Below, piece by piece: positions 19,039 through 29,926 of a stretch of DNA of 64,000 bases; within the stretch, counting starts at the first letter, position 1; each line of letters starts with the position of its first letter. Position numbers and translations under genes: made by a program. The notes beneath the pieces were generated by a model. The model worked only from the letters and a program-made list of their open reading frames with translations, was not told the origin of the DNA and did not search any database. The DNA is from Gemmatimonadota bacterium (GTDB lineage Bacteria > JBHIER01 > G020348925). The stretch lies in assembly GCA_020348925.1 (NCBI GenBank), contig CP070758.1:3239688-3303687 (forward strand), read 5' to 3'.

Positions 19039-21519
19039 GTGAGCATGGCAATCACTATGGGATCTCAGAAATCATCAAAGAGAAGAAAGCCCAAAAGGGG
19101 AACACCGTCTCGAGGTCATGTGTCCCCCAAAAGGTCTTCGCGCGCTCTCTCATCGCGGACCTTTGATTGGATCGTCATGGGCCTCTACGTGCTCCTGGTC
19201 GTGCTCCTCTTCAATCAATTTCTCTTCTCCGAGGGGATGCTCTTCGGTACAGATTCGATTCCCTCGGGGGTCTTCTTTCGGGGTGTCTATCGGGATTTCG
19301 TGCGTCAGTATCATGAACTTCCCACATGGGATCCTTACATACTCGGCGGTTTGCCTTTCATTGATGCGATGCACGGGGACACCTTTTATCCCACCTCCCT
19401 TCTCAAATTTTTCATGCCGTTGCACCGGGCCATGGGTTTCAAGCTTATCCTGCATGTTTTTCTCGCCGGAGCGTTCATGTTTCTTTTTTTGAAAAGCGCC
19501 AAGCTGAATCGATATGCTGCGGCCTTCGGCGGTTTGTGTTACATGTTCGCTTCGATTTTCGTCTCTCTCGTTTATGCCGGACACGATGCGAAGATGTTCG
19601 TTATGGCCCTTCTCCCCTTATGTTTTTTTCTCCTTGAGCGTGGTCTCGAGACGCGCAGGTTCTTTTATTTCATCATGTTGGGCGGTGCAGTCGGATTGCT
19701 GATCCTGAGCTCTCACGTACAAATGGCCTATTTTGCCCTGTGGGGTCTCGGCCTCTATTTTCTGTTTCGATTGGTCCTGTTCTGGCGGGACAAAAAGGAG
19801 TCGAGAACTGCCATTGGAAAAATGACGCTCTCTTTTGTCTGTTCGTTGCTAATCGGATTGGGCTTTGGACTTGTGCAGCTTTTGCCCTCCTATGTTTTTG
19901 TCAACAATTTCTCCGTGCGCGAGGAAAAGACAGGTTTCGCCCACGCCACGTCCTGGTCTCTTCACGCGGAGGAGGTTGCCTCTCTCATTGTGCCAGAATT
20001 TTCGGGGGACAGTGTGACGGAGCAAAATACGTACTGGGGGCGAAACCCTTTCAAATTGAATTCGGAATATTCGGGAATCATCCCAATCATCTTTGCCGTG
20101 TTTGCCCTCGTTCTTTTTCGATCGCGGCGCATCATCTTCTTCTCGATCTGCGCCATAATAGCAGTCATTTACGGATTGGGCGGGGATACGCCCGTCTTCT
20201 ATCTCTTCTACGCTTTCATGCCGGGGGTGAAACTCTTCCGCGGACCGTCCATGATAATGTTTCTTTTTTCCTTTGCGATGTGTTTCATGGGAGCGGTCGG
20301 TTTTCATTCCCTCCTGGAAATCCCCCTTGAGGCAAGAAGACGGGATCGAGTGACAAAGGGGATCGCTGTCGCCTGCGGAGTCGTTCTCCTGACAGGGATT
20401 GTTCTCACGGGAGCGCGGTCGGGGTTCTTTTCTCTCTGGACGAACACGATATATATGAACATCGCTTCTTCCAAACGTGAAGCGATGTTCGTCAATATTC
20501 CAAGATTTTTAGAGGGCCTGTGGATCGTGATGTGTCTCGGTCTGGCAACGGCTGGATTGGTGTGGGCCAGATTGAAAGGGAAGATTTCGTCTCTTCTTTT
20601 TCTCGGCGTGCTGGTTCCTCTTGTTCTCATCGATACGTGGCGGATCAATGCTCAGTTCATCAAGGTCGTGAACCCGAATACCTATTTGGGGGCGGACCGC
20701 GTCATCGGCTTTCTTCAACAGAGGGAGAAAGAAGAGGGCCCTTTTCGTGTCTTTCCCTTAGGTCGAGCTTACGGTGAGAACATGCTCGGTGTCCACCGTA
20801 TAGAATCGGTGACAGGGTTCCACGATAACGAATTGAAGTGGTACAATGCTTTTACCGGAAAGGATCGAAGAAACCTGCTCATGCCTCCGTTCCTGGATGT
20901 GTTGAATGTCAGATATCTCCTCTGGGACCCGAGAGAAAAAGCGCTGCAACCGTATTTTGACCAGATGAAACAGCGGGGGATCTTTCGGGAAGTGTTCGAC
21001 GGGGGGCGTGTCAAAATTTTTGAAAATGTGGGAGCCCTGCCCCGGGCGTGGGTGGCTTCTCACTTCGAGGTGGCGGATAGCAGCGGGATCTTGCAGCGAC
21101 TATCCGACCCCACCTTCGACTACCGGAACACGGTTCTTCTCGAAGAGGACCCGGGCGTGGAGCCGTCCAACGTCGATAGCCTCGGTGTCGGTCGTGTCGA
21201 GAGGCTTGCGTATATCGGCAACCGCCTTGAGGTCGACGTGATGATGGAACGTCCCGGTTTCCTCGTCTTAAGCGATAACTACTTCCCCTATTGGCGGGTC
21301 CGCGTCGATGGAGCGTCTCAAAAAATATTCAAAGCCGATTATACATTGAGAGCCGTTCAGCTTGAACCGGGTAACCACTCGGTCCTGTTCACCTATCATT
21401 CACGACCTTTCAGAACCGGCTCGCTCGTGAGTGGTTTTCTGCTCCTCTTTTTATGCGGTGCGGTTCTCGCCGAAGCCGGGGGCAAGTATATTCAAAGGAA
21501 AGGTGGCGCGAAACAGTAA
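19039..21519 (+). CDS. YfhO-family GT-C membrane glycosyltransferase
   Basis: PTWDPYILGGLP..FYP, many TM helices, ALPRA, LSDNYFPYW...V.G...AV.L..G.H C-terminal domain. Confidence 0.8.
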   Translation: MSMAITMGSQKSSKRRKPKRGTPSRGHVSPKRSSRALSSRTFDWIVMGLYVLLVVLLFNQFLFSEGMLFGTDSIPSGVFFRGVYRDFVRQYHELPTWDPYILGGLPFIDAMHGDTFYPTSLLKFFMPLHRAMGFKLILHVFLAGAFMFLFLKSAKLNRYAAAFGGLCYMFASIFVSLVYAGHDAKMFVMALLPLCFFLLERGLETRRFFYFIMLGGAVGLLILSSHVQMAYFALWGLGLYFLFRLVLFWRDKKESRTAIGKMTLSFVCSLLIGLGFGLVQLLPSYVFVNNFSVREEKTGFAHATSWSLHAEEVASLIVPEFSGDSVTEQNTYWGRNPFKLNSEYSGIIPIIFAVFALVLFRSRRIIFFSICAIIAVIYGLGGDTPVFYLFYAFMPGVKLFRGPSMIMFLFSFAMCFMGAVGFHSLLEIPLEARRRDRVTKGIAVACGVVLLTGIVLTGARSGFFSLWTNTIYMNIASSKREAMFVNIPRFLEGLWIVMCLGLATAGLVWARLKGKISSLLFLGVLVPLVLIDTWRINAQFIKVVNPNTYLGADRVIGFLQQREKEEGPFRVFPLGRAYGENMLGVHRIESVTGFHDNELKWYNAFTGKDRRNLLMPPFLDVLNVRYLLWDPREKALQPYFDQMKQRGIFREVFDGGRVKIFENVGALPRAWVASHFEVADSSGILQRLSDPTFDYRNTVLLEEDPGVEPSNVDSLGVGRVERLAYIGNRLEVDVMMERPGFLVLSDNYFPYWRVRVDGASQKIFKADYTLRAVQLEPGNHSVLFTYHSRPFRTGSLVSGFLLLFLCGAVLAEAGGKYIQRKGGAKQ

Positions 21520-22420
21520 AAGAGTGCTTCTTGTTGGGTGTAACGGCCTTTTGGGCCAGAAGCTTGCAACGGCGGCCTCCCGGTCATACCGCGTTTATGG
21601 GATTGGATTGCGGGAGCAATCTCCTGTGCGAGGGTTCCTAGAGCAGTACGTCCGGCTCGACATCACGACTCGGGGAGACGTCCTGGAGGCCCTGCATGCG
21701 ATCCGTCCTGAGTGGACAATCAATGCTGCGGCCATGACCGATGTGGATGCCTGTGAACGCGATCCTGAGGGGGCGTGGGGAGTGAATGTGGAGGGGGTGC
21801 GTCATTTGGCGACCGGATGTGAACGGTGCGCCTCGAAGTTTCTTCAGCTTTCAACGGATTACGTTTTCGATGGCACGTCAGGCCCCTACGCTGAGGACCA
21901 AGAGCCGCATCCGGTGAATGTTTACGGTCGCACAAAATTGGAATCGGAAAAGCTTTTAGACCACATGGCCCTTGAATATTCGATCGTTCGTACGGCCCTG
22001 CTCTACGGTTCCGTTGCCACAGCGCGGGCCAATTTTGTACAGGGGGTATGTTCCGCCTTGGCCAGAGGTGAAGCGGTGCATGCGGCCACAAATCTCTACG
22101 GCAATCCCACCCTGGTTGATGATCTGGCCGACGGCATCGTGATTGCCCTTCGAAAGGAGGTTCGGGGCATCTTGCATTTGGCCGGAAGTGAGTGGCTGAG
22201 CAGGTACGATTTCGCCATGAAGATCGCACGTACTTTCGGATTAAACGAGGATCTGATTATGCCGGTCTCTTTTCAAGAGCTCAATCTGCACGCCCCGCGT
22301 CCTCTTCGGGCAGGTCTGGGCACCGATAGGGCGAAGCGGAAGTTCGGGATTGCGTTTGCCGCGGTGGAGGAGGGGCTGAGGCGGATGATGACACAGCATG
22401 ACGAATTTTCAAAGAGGTAG
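21503..22420 (+). CDS. rfbD: RmlD-family extended SDR (dTDP-4-dehydrorhamnose reductase-like)
   Basis: GCNGLLG, NAAAMTDVDACE, STDYVFDG, YGRTK; probable GTG start at 21503; true substrate uncertain. Confidence 0.75.
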   Translation: MARNSKRVLLVGCNGLLGQKLATAASRSYRVYGIGLREQSPVRGFLEQYVRLDITTRGDVLEALHAIRPEWTINAAAMTDVDACERDPEGAWGVNVEGVRHLATGCERCASKFLQLSTDYVFDGTSGPYAEDQEPHPVNVYGRTKLESEKLLDHMALEYSIVRTALLYGSVATARANFVQGVCSALARGEAVHAATNLYGNPTLVDDLADGIVIALRKEVRGILHLAGSEWLSRYDFAMKIARTFGLNEDLIMPVSFQELNLHAPRPLRAGLGTDRAKRKFGIAFAAVEEGLRRMMTQHDEFSKR

Positions 22421-22430
22421 GAGTGTGGGC

Positions 22431-23303
22431 ATGCTCTCAGCACTCATCATTTCCATGCGACCCCGCCAATGGACGAAGAACCTCTTCATTTTTGCGGGGT
22501 TGATCTTTTCTCAAAATGTCTTCGCCGGATACCTTTTTCTGAAAACATGCTTGGCTTTCGTGGCGTTCTGCGTATTGACCGGTTCGGTCTACCTGATCAA
22601 CGATATTGTCGATATTAAGCAGGATCGGGCCCATCCGACGAAGAGGATGAGACCTCTTGCTTCGGGTCTGCTTTCGAGGAAAGGTGCTCTTGTTTTCGCC
22701 GTCCTGTTGAGCCTCATTTCCATCGTGTTCTCGTGTCTCCTCAGCCTCTCTTTTGCGTTAACTGCTCTGGCCTACTTTATCCTCATGGTTTGTTATTCTC
22801 TCTATTTAAAACGGGTCGTTCTTCTTGATGTATTGGCCATTTCGACGGGTTTCATCCTTCGCGTCGTAGCAGGAGCCGTGCTGGTGGAGGTCCATATTTC
22901 TTCGTGGCTGCTCACGTGCACCATTTTCCTGTCGCTCTTTTTGGCCCTGGGTAAAAGGCGGCATGAACGTGTCATCCTGGAATCGGGTTCTGCGGAGCAC
23001 CGAGAGGTGCTTCAAAAATACAGTCTCACGCTTTTGGACCAGCTCATTGCTGTGGCCTCAGCCTCAACGCTCCTCTCGTACGCATTGTACACGATGTCCG
23101 AGGCAACGGTACAAAAATTTGGTTCGGAGAATTTGAAGTTTACGATTCCTTTTGTCGTATACGGTCTGTTTCGTTATCTCTACCTTATTTTTGTCAAAGA
23201 GGGGGGAGGCAATCCTGACAAGGATCTTTTCGCTGACCGTCCGCTCTTGATCGATGTCATTCTGTGGATTGTGGCAGTAGGGTTCATTCTTTACATTCAG
23301 TAA
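22431..23303 (+). CDS. UbiA-family polyprenyl-phosphate phosphoribosyltransferase (DPPR synthase-like)
   Basis: RPRQWTKN, YLINDIVD..DRAHPTKRMRPLASG, YSLYLK, KRRHE. Confidence 0.85.
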   Translation: MLSALIISMRPRQWTKNLFIFAGLIFSQNVFAGYLFLKTCLAFVAFCVLTGSVYLINDIVDIKQDRAHPTKRMRPLASGLLSRKGALVFAVLLSLISIVFSCLLSLSFALTALAYFILMVCYSLYLKRVVLLDVLAISTGFILRVVAGAVLVEVHISSWLLTCTIFLSLFLALGKRRHERVILESGSAEHREVLQKYSLTLLDQLIAVASASTLLSYALYTMSEATVQKFGSENLKFTIPFVVYGLFRYLYLIFVKEGGGNPDKDLFADRPLLIDVILWIVAVGFILYIQ

Positions 23304-23317
23304 TTGAAGGGCTTGAG

Positions 23318-24403
23318 ATGTTGAAACCAAAAGTGGCGGTTTTAAAGACGACACCGGAGACGGTCTTGGATGATTACGCCCGACTCATGCACATGGCGGA
23401 GTACAGGGGCTCCATTGACATGAGCAGGGAGACCATTCTCAAGATCAACATTTCCTGGCATAAGTATTTCCCCGCCTGTTCGACGACCCCGTGGCAACTG
23501 GAGGGTGTCATTCGGACGCTTATAGAGGACGGTTTTTCGAAGGATCAGCTCGTTCTGGTCCACAACGACACAGTGGTGGTCAAATCGAAAGTCGGGGAGA
23601 TCAGGAACAGATTGGCTCCGGTCGGCCGCCGATACGGCTTGCGGACCCTCTACCTTCAAAATGGTGCCCAGTGGAGCCCGTATGAACCGAACCACCCCAT
23701 GATGGTCCTGGACAAGGTCTATCCCAGAGGGATCGAGATCCCGGAATTCTTCATCGGGAAAAATATCATTCATCTTCCCACGATGAAGACCCATGTTTTT
23801 ACGACCATGACAGGGGCGATGAAGAACGCCTTCGGGGGATTGCTTCAAACCCACCGGCATTGGACGCACAGCGTCATTCATGAGACCCTCGTTGATCTGC
23901 TCACCATTCAGAAGGAGATACACCCCGGTATCTTTGCCGTGACCGATGGCACGCTTGCCGGTGATGGTCCGGGCCCCCGGGCCATGATACCGAAAGTAAA
24001 GAATTATCTGTTGGCCTCGAGTGATCAGGTCGCACTCGATGCCTGCGCTGCTCACATGATGGGATTTGATCCCCTGTCTCTTGATTTTCTTCGATTGGCT
24101 CAGGAACGGGGATTGGGATGCGGGTCTGTCTCGGACATTGAGATCATTGGCGAGGATATTTCCGATGTCAATTTCGGCTTCCATTGCGCCGACACCTTCG
24201 CCAGCCGCGGCCAGAAAGCGATCTATCACGGCTGGTTGAAACCGTTTGAAAAGATTCTTCTGAGAAGTCCCCTGGTCTTCTGGTCCTATATTGCTTCGAA
24301 GGTCTATCATGACTGTTTTTGGTATCCATTTGTGGGGCGGAAGCGGGTCAACAAGATCCTGGAAACGGATTGGGGGAGACTGTTTCAAGAATATGCAGGC
24401 TGA
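23318..24403 (+). CDS. DUF362 domain protein
   Basis: LKINISW, LPTMKTH..TGAMKNAFGG, GDGPGP, D.VALDA. Confidence 0.85.
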   Translation: MLKPKVAVLKTTPETVLDDYARLMHMAEYRGSIDMSRETILKINISWHKYFPACSTTPWQLEGVIRTLIEDGFSKDQLVLVHNDTVVVKSKVGEIRNRLAPVGRRYGLRTLYLQNGAQWSPYEPNHPMMVLDKVYPRGIEIPEFFIGKNIIHLPTMKTHVFTTMTGAMKNAFGGLLQTHRHWTHSVIHETLVDLLTIQKEIHPGIFAVTDGTLAGDGPGPRAMIPKVKNYLLASSDQVALDACAAHMMGFDPLSLDFLRLAQERGLGCGSVSDIEIIGEDISDVNFGFHCADTFASRGQKAIYHGWLKPFEKILLRSPLVFWSYIASKVYHDCFWYPFVGRKRVNKILETDWGRLFQEYAG

Positions 24404-24435
24404 AGTGAGCAATTCTTTAAGAGACTACGACTTCC

Positions 24436-24583
24436 TTGTCATTCTGGGTCCGAGGCACTGCGCGGAGCCCGCGCCTTCACTTTATTCAGGACAGGTCCTG
24501 AACGAGAGAAGGGTCAGGGCAACGGATGCTTCGACCCGGCGTATTTATCCCGAACGTGATTCGGGCTCCGGTCAGAATGACAA
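24436..24583. repeat. Palindromic intergenic element with 11-bp terminal inverted repeat
   Basis: TTGTCATTCTG / CAGAATGACAA, internal hairpins such as CCCGAA-CGTGA-TTCGGG. Confidence 0.65.
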
Positions 24584-24694
24584 TTCCTGGAAACTCGTCT
24601 GGGAAAAGCGCGCAGCGGTGGCCGAATCCTGTGAAGGACACCTGAACCCTGAGAGGACCGCCTTGAGAGCAGGGGGCTGATTTCACAAAAGATT

Positions 24695-25672
24695 GTGTGG
24701 CACAAATTCAAAGGAAGATTGATCATTACGACGGCTGGTGCGATCGGTATTTTTTTTCTCCTGGGAATGTACGCCGATTTTCAAGAGGTCCGGACGTCAT
24801 TTCGCCACTTCCAATGGGACTTTCTGCCTTTGATTTTGGGTTTGGCTTTCGTAAATTATGTCTTGCGTTTTTTCAAGTGGAATTTTTATTTGAGAGTGTT
24901 GGGTGTACCCCTGAATGCAAAGGAGAGTCTGGCCATCTTTTTCGCGGGATTAGCTATGTCATTGACACCTGCAAAGTTCGGGGAAGTGTTGAAATCGTTT
25001 CTGGTGAAGCAACGATGCGGGGTCCCGATGAGCAGGACGGCTCCCATTATATTCGCCGAACGGTTTACGGATTTTGTCGCCTTGGTGGTCCTGGCTCTCA
25101 TAGGGCTTGTCAGTTTTCATTACGGCTGGTATGTGCCGCTTGCAAGCCTTGTGTGTATCGTTCTCTTTTTTGGGCTCATCTCCTGCCGGAGATTTTGGGA
25201 GGGGTTGCTCTCCAGGGGCGGACGGTTTCCCAAAATCGCAAAATGGGCGGAGAGGGTGCGGATCGCGTATGAGAGTACACGACATCTGCTCAGTATCAAG
25301 CGGTTGGGCCTGGCCGTGGGATTGAGCATTCCGGCGTGGCTTGCCGAAGGCTTCGCATATTTCTTTGTCTTTCGAGCTCTGGACGTGCCGTTCTTGCTCC
25401 TCGGTGCCATCTTTATATACTCTTTTTCGACCCTCGTCGGTGCAGTCACAATGTTGCCCGGAGGGCTGGGAGGGACTGAGGGTTCGCTCGTGGCCCTGGC
25501 TATGATGAGGGGAGTGACAAAACCCGTGGCCGTGTCGTCAACACTTCTCGTCCGTGGGTGTACTCTGTGGTTTGCAATCCTCCTCGGGATCTCGGTCCTG
25601 CTGTGGCATCGGAGAAAATGGGAGACGGCCGCTGTCTTTGATACGATGACTGAAAAGGAAACCGCACGTTGA
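24695..25672 (+). CDS. UPF0104/AglD-like flippase-type membrane protein
   Basis: RFFKW, TPAKFGEVLK, ERFTD, PGGLGGTEG. Confidence 0.85.
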   Translation: MWHKFKGRLIITTAGAIGIFFLLGMYADFQEVRTSFRHFQWDFLPLILGLAFVNYVLRFFKWNFYLRVLGVPLNAKESLAIFFAGLAMSLTPAKFGEVLKSFLVKQRCGVPMSRTAPIIFAERFTDFVALVVLALIGLVSFHYGWYVPLASLVCIVLFFGLISCRRFWEGLLSRGGRFPKIAKWAERVRIAYESTRHLLSIKRLGLAVGLSIPAWLAEGFAYFFVFRALDVPFLLLGAIFIYSFSTLVGAVTMLPGGLGGTEGSLVALAMMRGVTKPVAVSSTLLVRGCTLWFAILLGISVLLWHRRKWETAAVFDTMTEKETAR

Positions 25673-25699
25673 AAATTGCACAAAGAGGAGCGTAATCAT

Positions 25700-26419
25700 A
25701 TGGCGAAATCTTTGATAGTTGTTCCGACGTATAACGAAAAAGATAATGTCGAAAAGATTGTTGAAACAGTTTTCTCGGTTGAACCGGGCCTTGAGATCCT
25801 CGTCGTCGATGACAACTCACCTGATGGCACAGGGCGAATTGCGGATGAATTGTCTCAGCGGGACAAGCGCGTTCATGTTCTCCATCGGCCGGGGAAATCG
25901 GGCCTGGGCTCGGCCTATATTGCCGGTTTTAAATATGCCCTCGAGCGGGATTACGAATACATCTTCGAGATGGATGCGGATTTTTCCCACGATCCGAAGT
26001 ACATACCCCACTTTCTTGAGAAGATTCGAGACTTCGATCTCGTCTTAGGGTCGCGATATATCAGGGGCGTCAATGTGGTCAACTGGCCTATGACACGCTT
26101 GCTGCTGAGCTATTTCGCCAATGTTTACGCCCGATTCATAACCGGCTTGCCAGTGAGGGATGCCACGGGCGGGTTCAAATGTTTTCGGCGTCACGTGTTG
26201 GAGGCTATCGACCTGGATGCCGTCCAGTCTGACGGCTATTCATTTCAGATTGAAATGACCTTTAAGGCTTGGAAGAAGGGATTCACGATCAGCGAAATTC
26301 CCATCATCTTCGTTGATCGGCTGGTCGGCTCCTCAAAGATGTCGAAGAAAATTGTCCGTGAGGCGATCGTCATGGTGTGGAGACTCCGCTTTCAAAGCCT
26401 TCTCGGCCGGATGAAATAG
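25700..26419 (+). CDS. Polyprenol monophosphomannose synthase (Ppm1/DPM1-like GT2)
   Basis: PTYNE, VDDNSPDGTG, MDADFSHDP, GSRY, DATGGF, GYSFQIE. Confidence 0.9.
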   Translation: MAKSLIVVPTYNEKDNVEKIVETVFSVEPGLEILVVDDNSPDGTGRIADELSQRDKRVHVLHRPGKSGLGSAYIAGFKYALERDYEYIFEMDADFSHDPKYIPHFLEKIRDFDLVLGSRYIRGVNVVNWPMTRLLLSYFANVYARFITGLPVRDATGGFKCFRRHVLEAIDLDAVQSDGYSFQIEMTFKAWKKGFTISEIPIIFVDRLVGSSKMSKKIVREAIVMVWRLRFQSLLGRMK

Positions 26420-26587
26420 CGAAATGCTTCACCGAAGAGACACTTAAAACACACTGCGATATGAATTCCGAATGCAAAAGATTGTTCAGATCAGATCAGA
26501 GACGGAAGCTTCAGGCGTACATTTCTGTTTGTTGCACACCTTCGTTGTTTAGGCATTCTTAAAGACAGAACAGAAGGACGACGATGC

Positions 26588-28750
26588 ATGATTGACGTCA
26601 CCATCATAATTGTCAATTACAATGTGAAAGATTATCTCGAACAGGCTCTGCGATCCCTCCGGCGGACAGTGAAAGGGCTCTCCTCGGAAATTATGGTCGT
26701 TGACAATAGCTCCTCTGACGGTTCGGTGGCCCTTATCGAGTCCGAGTTCAAGGAAGTTGTGCTGATCGAGAACAGGGAAAATCTCGGATTTGCCAAGGCC
26801 AACAATCAAGCCCTGAAACTGGCCCGTGGCCGGTTCATCCTGTTGCTCAATCCCGACACGATCGTCCAAGAAGATACGATCCGCGTCATGATGGATTTCA
26901 TGGAGAATCATTCGGAGGCAGGCGCGGTGGGATGTAAGGTCCTCAACCCCGATGGGTCGTTGCAAGCCGCCTGCCGCAGGAGTTTTCCAACACCCAGCGT
27001 CGCCTTTTTCAAGTTGATTGGCTTGAGTCGACTTTTTCCGAAAAGTCGGCTCTTCGGCCGGTACAACCTGACCTTCCTCGATCCCGACGAGGTCAATGAA
27101 GTGGACGCTCTTTCAGGGTCGTGTATGTTTCTCAGGCGTGAGGTTATCGATGACGTGGGTCTTCTGGATGAGGACTTCTTTATGTTCGGGGAGGACCTCG
27201 ATTGGTGTTACCGTATCAAGAGGCGTGGCTGGAAGATCTATTATGTTCCGACAACTCAGATCGTACACTACAAAGGTGAGAGCATCCGCAGGAGTGAGGT
27301 GAACAGCCTCTTCGCTTTCTACAACGCGATGTATATTTTCGTCCAAAAGCACATGAGACGGCGGTATTTGATCCCCTTCAAATGGTTTATCACCTTGGGG
27401 ATCATTCTCAAGGCCACTTTTTCAATTGTCGGCCGTCTCTTTCGAAAAAGTGTTGTTCCGCTGATCGACCTGATGCTCATCAACGGGGCCGTCTCCCTGG
27501 CTATCGTTCTCCGGTTTGGTGCCCTCGTGTCTCTGCCGCCACACTATTCTTTGAAATCCTATGGCGTTGTCCACGGAGTCTCGTCGATCGTGTGGATGCT
27601 CAGCTTGGCCATCATGGGTCTGTACGGACGGAGAAAACACTCAATTTCCCGGGCTTTCACTGCAGCCGTGGCGGGAGCATTGCTGGTGGGATTCATCTAT
27701 CTTTTCAAATTTGAAGAATATGGATTTTCCCGAAGAGCGCTGGCCTACGCCGCAGTGGGCGTGACGTTCCTCCTGCCTGGGTGGCGAATCCTCTTTCGTC
27801 TCTTCTCACGGCAAGCCTTAGGAAGAGCTCTCCGTCGGAGAAGGGCGGTTGTCGTTGGCACGGATGATCATGGAAGGGCTCTCGTGGAGCGCCTCCGGCG
27901 TCATCCGGAGGTCGGATACGACGTCGTAGGTCTGGTCAACGGGGATAGAGCTCGCGTCGGTGAGACGGTTGACGGTGTGGAAGTGTTGGGCACGGTCGAA
28001 GAATTGCCCCAGATCGTGCGGACCTGTCAGGCCGAGGAGGTCATCCTGTCCACCGATTCGTTGCCGTATCGGCAGACACTTCAACTTATGTCCTCCGTGC
28101 GTGATCCGAAAGTCCATGTGAAACTCGTTCCATCACCCTTCGAGATAATGATCGGTCAGACCAGCATCGAGAACTTGGGGATGATGTCATTTGTTGACGT
28201 CTCTGATAAGCCGCCTCATCCGTGGCCTCGTGTGATCAAACGAAGTTTCGATATCGTTGTCGCCGGCATGGGTTTCGTCCTCCTTTCCCCCCTCCTGATC
28301 GTGCAGGTGCTCATGGTGAGAATTGGCAGAGGAGCGTTCAACTTCCAGAGCAGGGAGTATTGCGGTGTGAAGAACTCACGGGTTACTTTAAGGGAATTTT
28401 CGAGGGGAACTGCCACCGATGGCCGAGTTTCTCCTGTCTATCGTTTTATGGAACGATGGTACGTCCATCGGGTGCTGTGGTTGTGGCCTGTTTTAAAAGG
28501 TGACATCAGTTTGGTCGGTTCCTGCCTGAGGCCCAGCACCGCCCGGAGTGGGAACAACGGTTGGAATGCATATCACAAACCTGGTCTCACAGGATTAATC
28601 CAACTCGAAGAAAAACTCAATCTGGATCCTGAGGAGAGGTTGAAGTACGAACTGTATTACCGCCGAAATCAGTCTTTTCTGTTGGATGGAGAGATCGTGT
28701 TGAGATTCTTGTGGCACCTCATTTCCGGGTCAAAGGGGATTCAGGGATGA
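26588..28750 (+). CDS. Fusion of a GT2 glycosyltransferase and a WcaJ-like module with degenerate phosphoglycosyl transferase domain
   Basis: [30 protein letters not shown] block, Rossmann-like domain, KRSFD...SLVG...KPGLTG. Confidence 0.8.
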   Translation: MIDVTIIIVNYNVKDYLEQALRSLRRTVKGLSSEIMVVDNSSSDGSVALIESEFKEVVLIENRENLGFAKANNQALKLARGRFILLLNPDTIVQEDTIRVMMDFMENHSEAGAVGCKVLNPDGSLQAACRRSFPTPSVAFFKLIGLSRLFPKSRLFGRYNLTFLDPDEVNEVDALSGSCMFLRREVIDDVGLLDEDFFMFGEDLDWCYRIKRRGWKIYYVPTTQIVHYKGESIRRSEVNSLFAFYNAMYIFVQKHMRRRYLIPFKWFITLGIILKATFSIVGRLFRKSVVPLIDLMLINGAVSLAIVLRFGALVSLPPHYSLKSYGVVHGVSSIVWMLSLAIMGLYGRRKHSISRAFTAAVAGALLVGFIYLFKFEEYGFSRRALAYAAVGVTFLLPGWRILFRLFSRQALGRALRRRRAVVVGTDDHGRALVERLRRHPEVGYDVVGLVNGDRARVGETVDGVEVLGTVEELPQIVRTCQAEEVILSTDSLPYRQTLQLMSSVRDPKVHVKLVPSPFEIMIGQTSIENLGMMSFVDVSDKPPHPWPRVIKRSFDIVVAGMGFVLLSPLLIVQVLMVRIGRGAFNFQSREYCGVKNSRVTLREFSRGTATDGRVSPVYRFMERWYVHRVLWLWPVLKGDISLVGSCLRPSTARSGNNGWNAYHKPGLTGLIQLEEKLNLDPEERLKYELYYRRNQSFLLDGEIVLRFLWHLISGSKGIQG

Positions 28751-29736
28751 ACGAGACCGGTCATGATTTTGAGCGAAAGATTATTGCGCTTCGCAGGGAA
28801 CTCGACGACGTGCGAGCCCGTTCGCTGGATCACGATCCCGCCTTCAAAGATGACTTGAAGCAACAGGCGCAGAAGCTGGAGAAGGCCATCAGAGACATCC
28901 ATTCGAAGTTGAACCGGTGGCAACGTGTTCTGCTCGCCAGGCACCCCCAGCGTCCGTACACCATGGATTACATACGATTCATGATAACCGATTTTGTAGA
29001 GCTCCACGGCGATCGCCTTTTCGCCGATGATAAGGCTATCGTCGGCGGTCTGGGGAAGTTGGCCCACAGGACGGTTGTGATAGTGGGGCATCAAAAAGGC
29101 CGCAGTACTAAGGAGAACTTGTATCGAAATTTCGGAATGGCCAATCCTGAGGGCTATCGAAAGGCCCTTCGGTTGATGCGATTGGCGGCCAAATATAAAC
29201 GACCCGTTGTGTGCCTCATCGACACACCGGGTGCATATCCCGGTATTGGAGCTGAGGAGAGGGGCCAGGCCGAGGCCATTGCCCGAAACCTCTTCGAGAT
29301 GTCACGACTCCCCGTGCCCATCATTGTGGTCGTCATAGGCGAAGGGGCGAGCGGTGGAGCTCTGGGTATTGGTGTCGGCGACAGATTGCTCATGATGGAA
29401 AACACCTGGTACTCGGTTATTTCACCCGAAGGGTGCGCATCTATCTTATGGCGTAGTGCCGAAAAAAAGGAACAAGCTGCAGAGGCCTTGAAACTGACCC
29501 CTCAGGATCTGATGGTCCAGGGGCTGATCGATGAGATCATTCCGGAACCGCTGGGCGGAGCGCATTTTGACCACGAGGAGGCGGCCTCGATTCTGAAAAG
29601 GACCCTCGAGAGAGTTTTAGGGGAGTTGGGAGGGATGCCTCCTCAAGAGTTGTTGGACAAACGGATCGAAAAATTTTCCCGTATGGGTTTGTTTCAGGAA
29701 CCGAACGCCGAAAAGGAGGAAACGAATGTTGGATAA
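28747..29736 (+). CDS. accA: Acetyl-CoA carboxylase carboxyltransferase alpha subunit
   Basis: [53 protein letters not shown]. Confidence 0.97.
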   Translation: MNETGHDFERKIIALRRELDDVRARSLDHDPAFKDDLKQQAQKLEKAIRDIHSKLNRWQRVLLARHPQRPYTMDYIRFMITDFVELHGDRLFADDKAIVGGLGKLAHRTVVIVGHQKGRSTKENLYRNFGMANPEGYRKALRLMRLAAKYKRPVVCLIDTPGAYPGIGAEERGQAEAIARNLFEMSRLPVPIIVVVIGEGASGGALGIGVGDRLLMMENTWYSVISPEGCASILWRSAEKKEQAAEALKLTPQDLMVQGLIDEIIPEPLGGAHFDHEEAASILKRTLERVLGELGGMPPQELLDKRIEKFSRMGLFQEPNAEKEETNVG

Positions 29737-29893
29737 AGCCCTCTTGGAAATCCTGGCCTGTCCGGCGTGTAAGGGTGACCTCGAATATGATCGGGAACGC
29801 CAGAAACTCAACTGTCATGCGTGTAAACTCCGGTACAGCATCAAGGACGATATCCCCATCATGCTTATCGACGAGGCTGAACAGTTCGAATAA
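29726..29893 (+). CDS. Trm112-family zinc-binding protein (55 aa, absent from the ORF track)
   Basis: [21 protein letters not shown]...[32 protein letters not shown]. Confidence 0.9.
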   Translation: MLDKALLEILACPACKGDLEYDRERQKLNCHACKLRYSIKDDIPIMLIDEAEQFE

Positions 29894-29926
29894 TTCCTGG
29901 TTCATGAAGCCGGTTGCGGCAGGCAG

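Noticed and set aside
23342-24412. 356-aa minus-strand ORF
   Set aside because: Antisense to the DUF362 gene; typical shadow ORF of GC-rich coding DNA.
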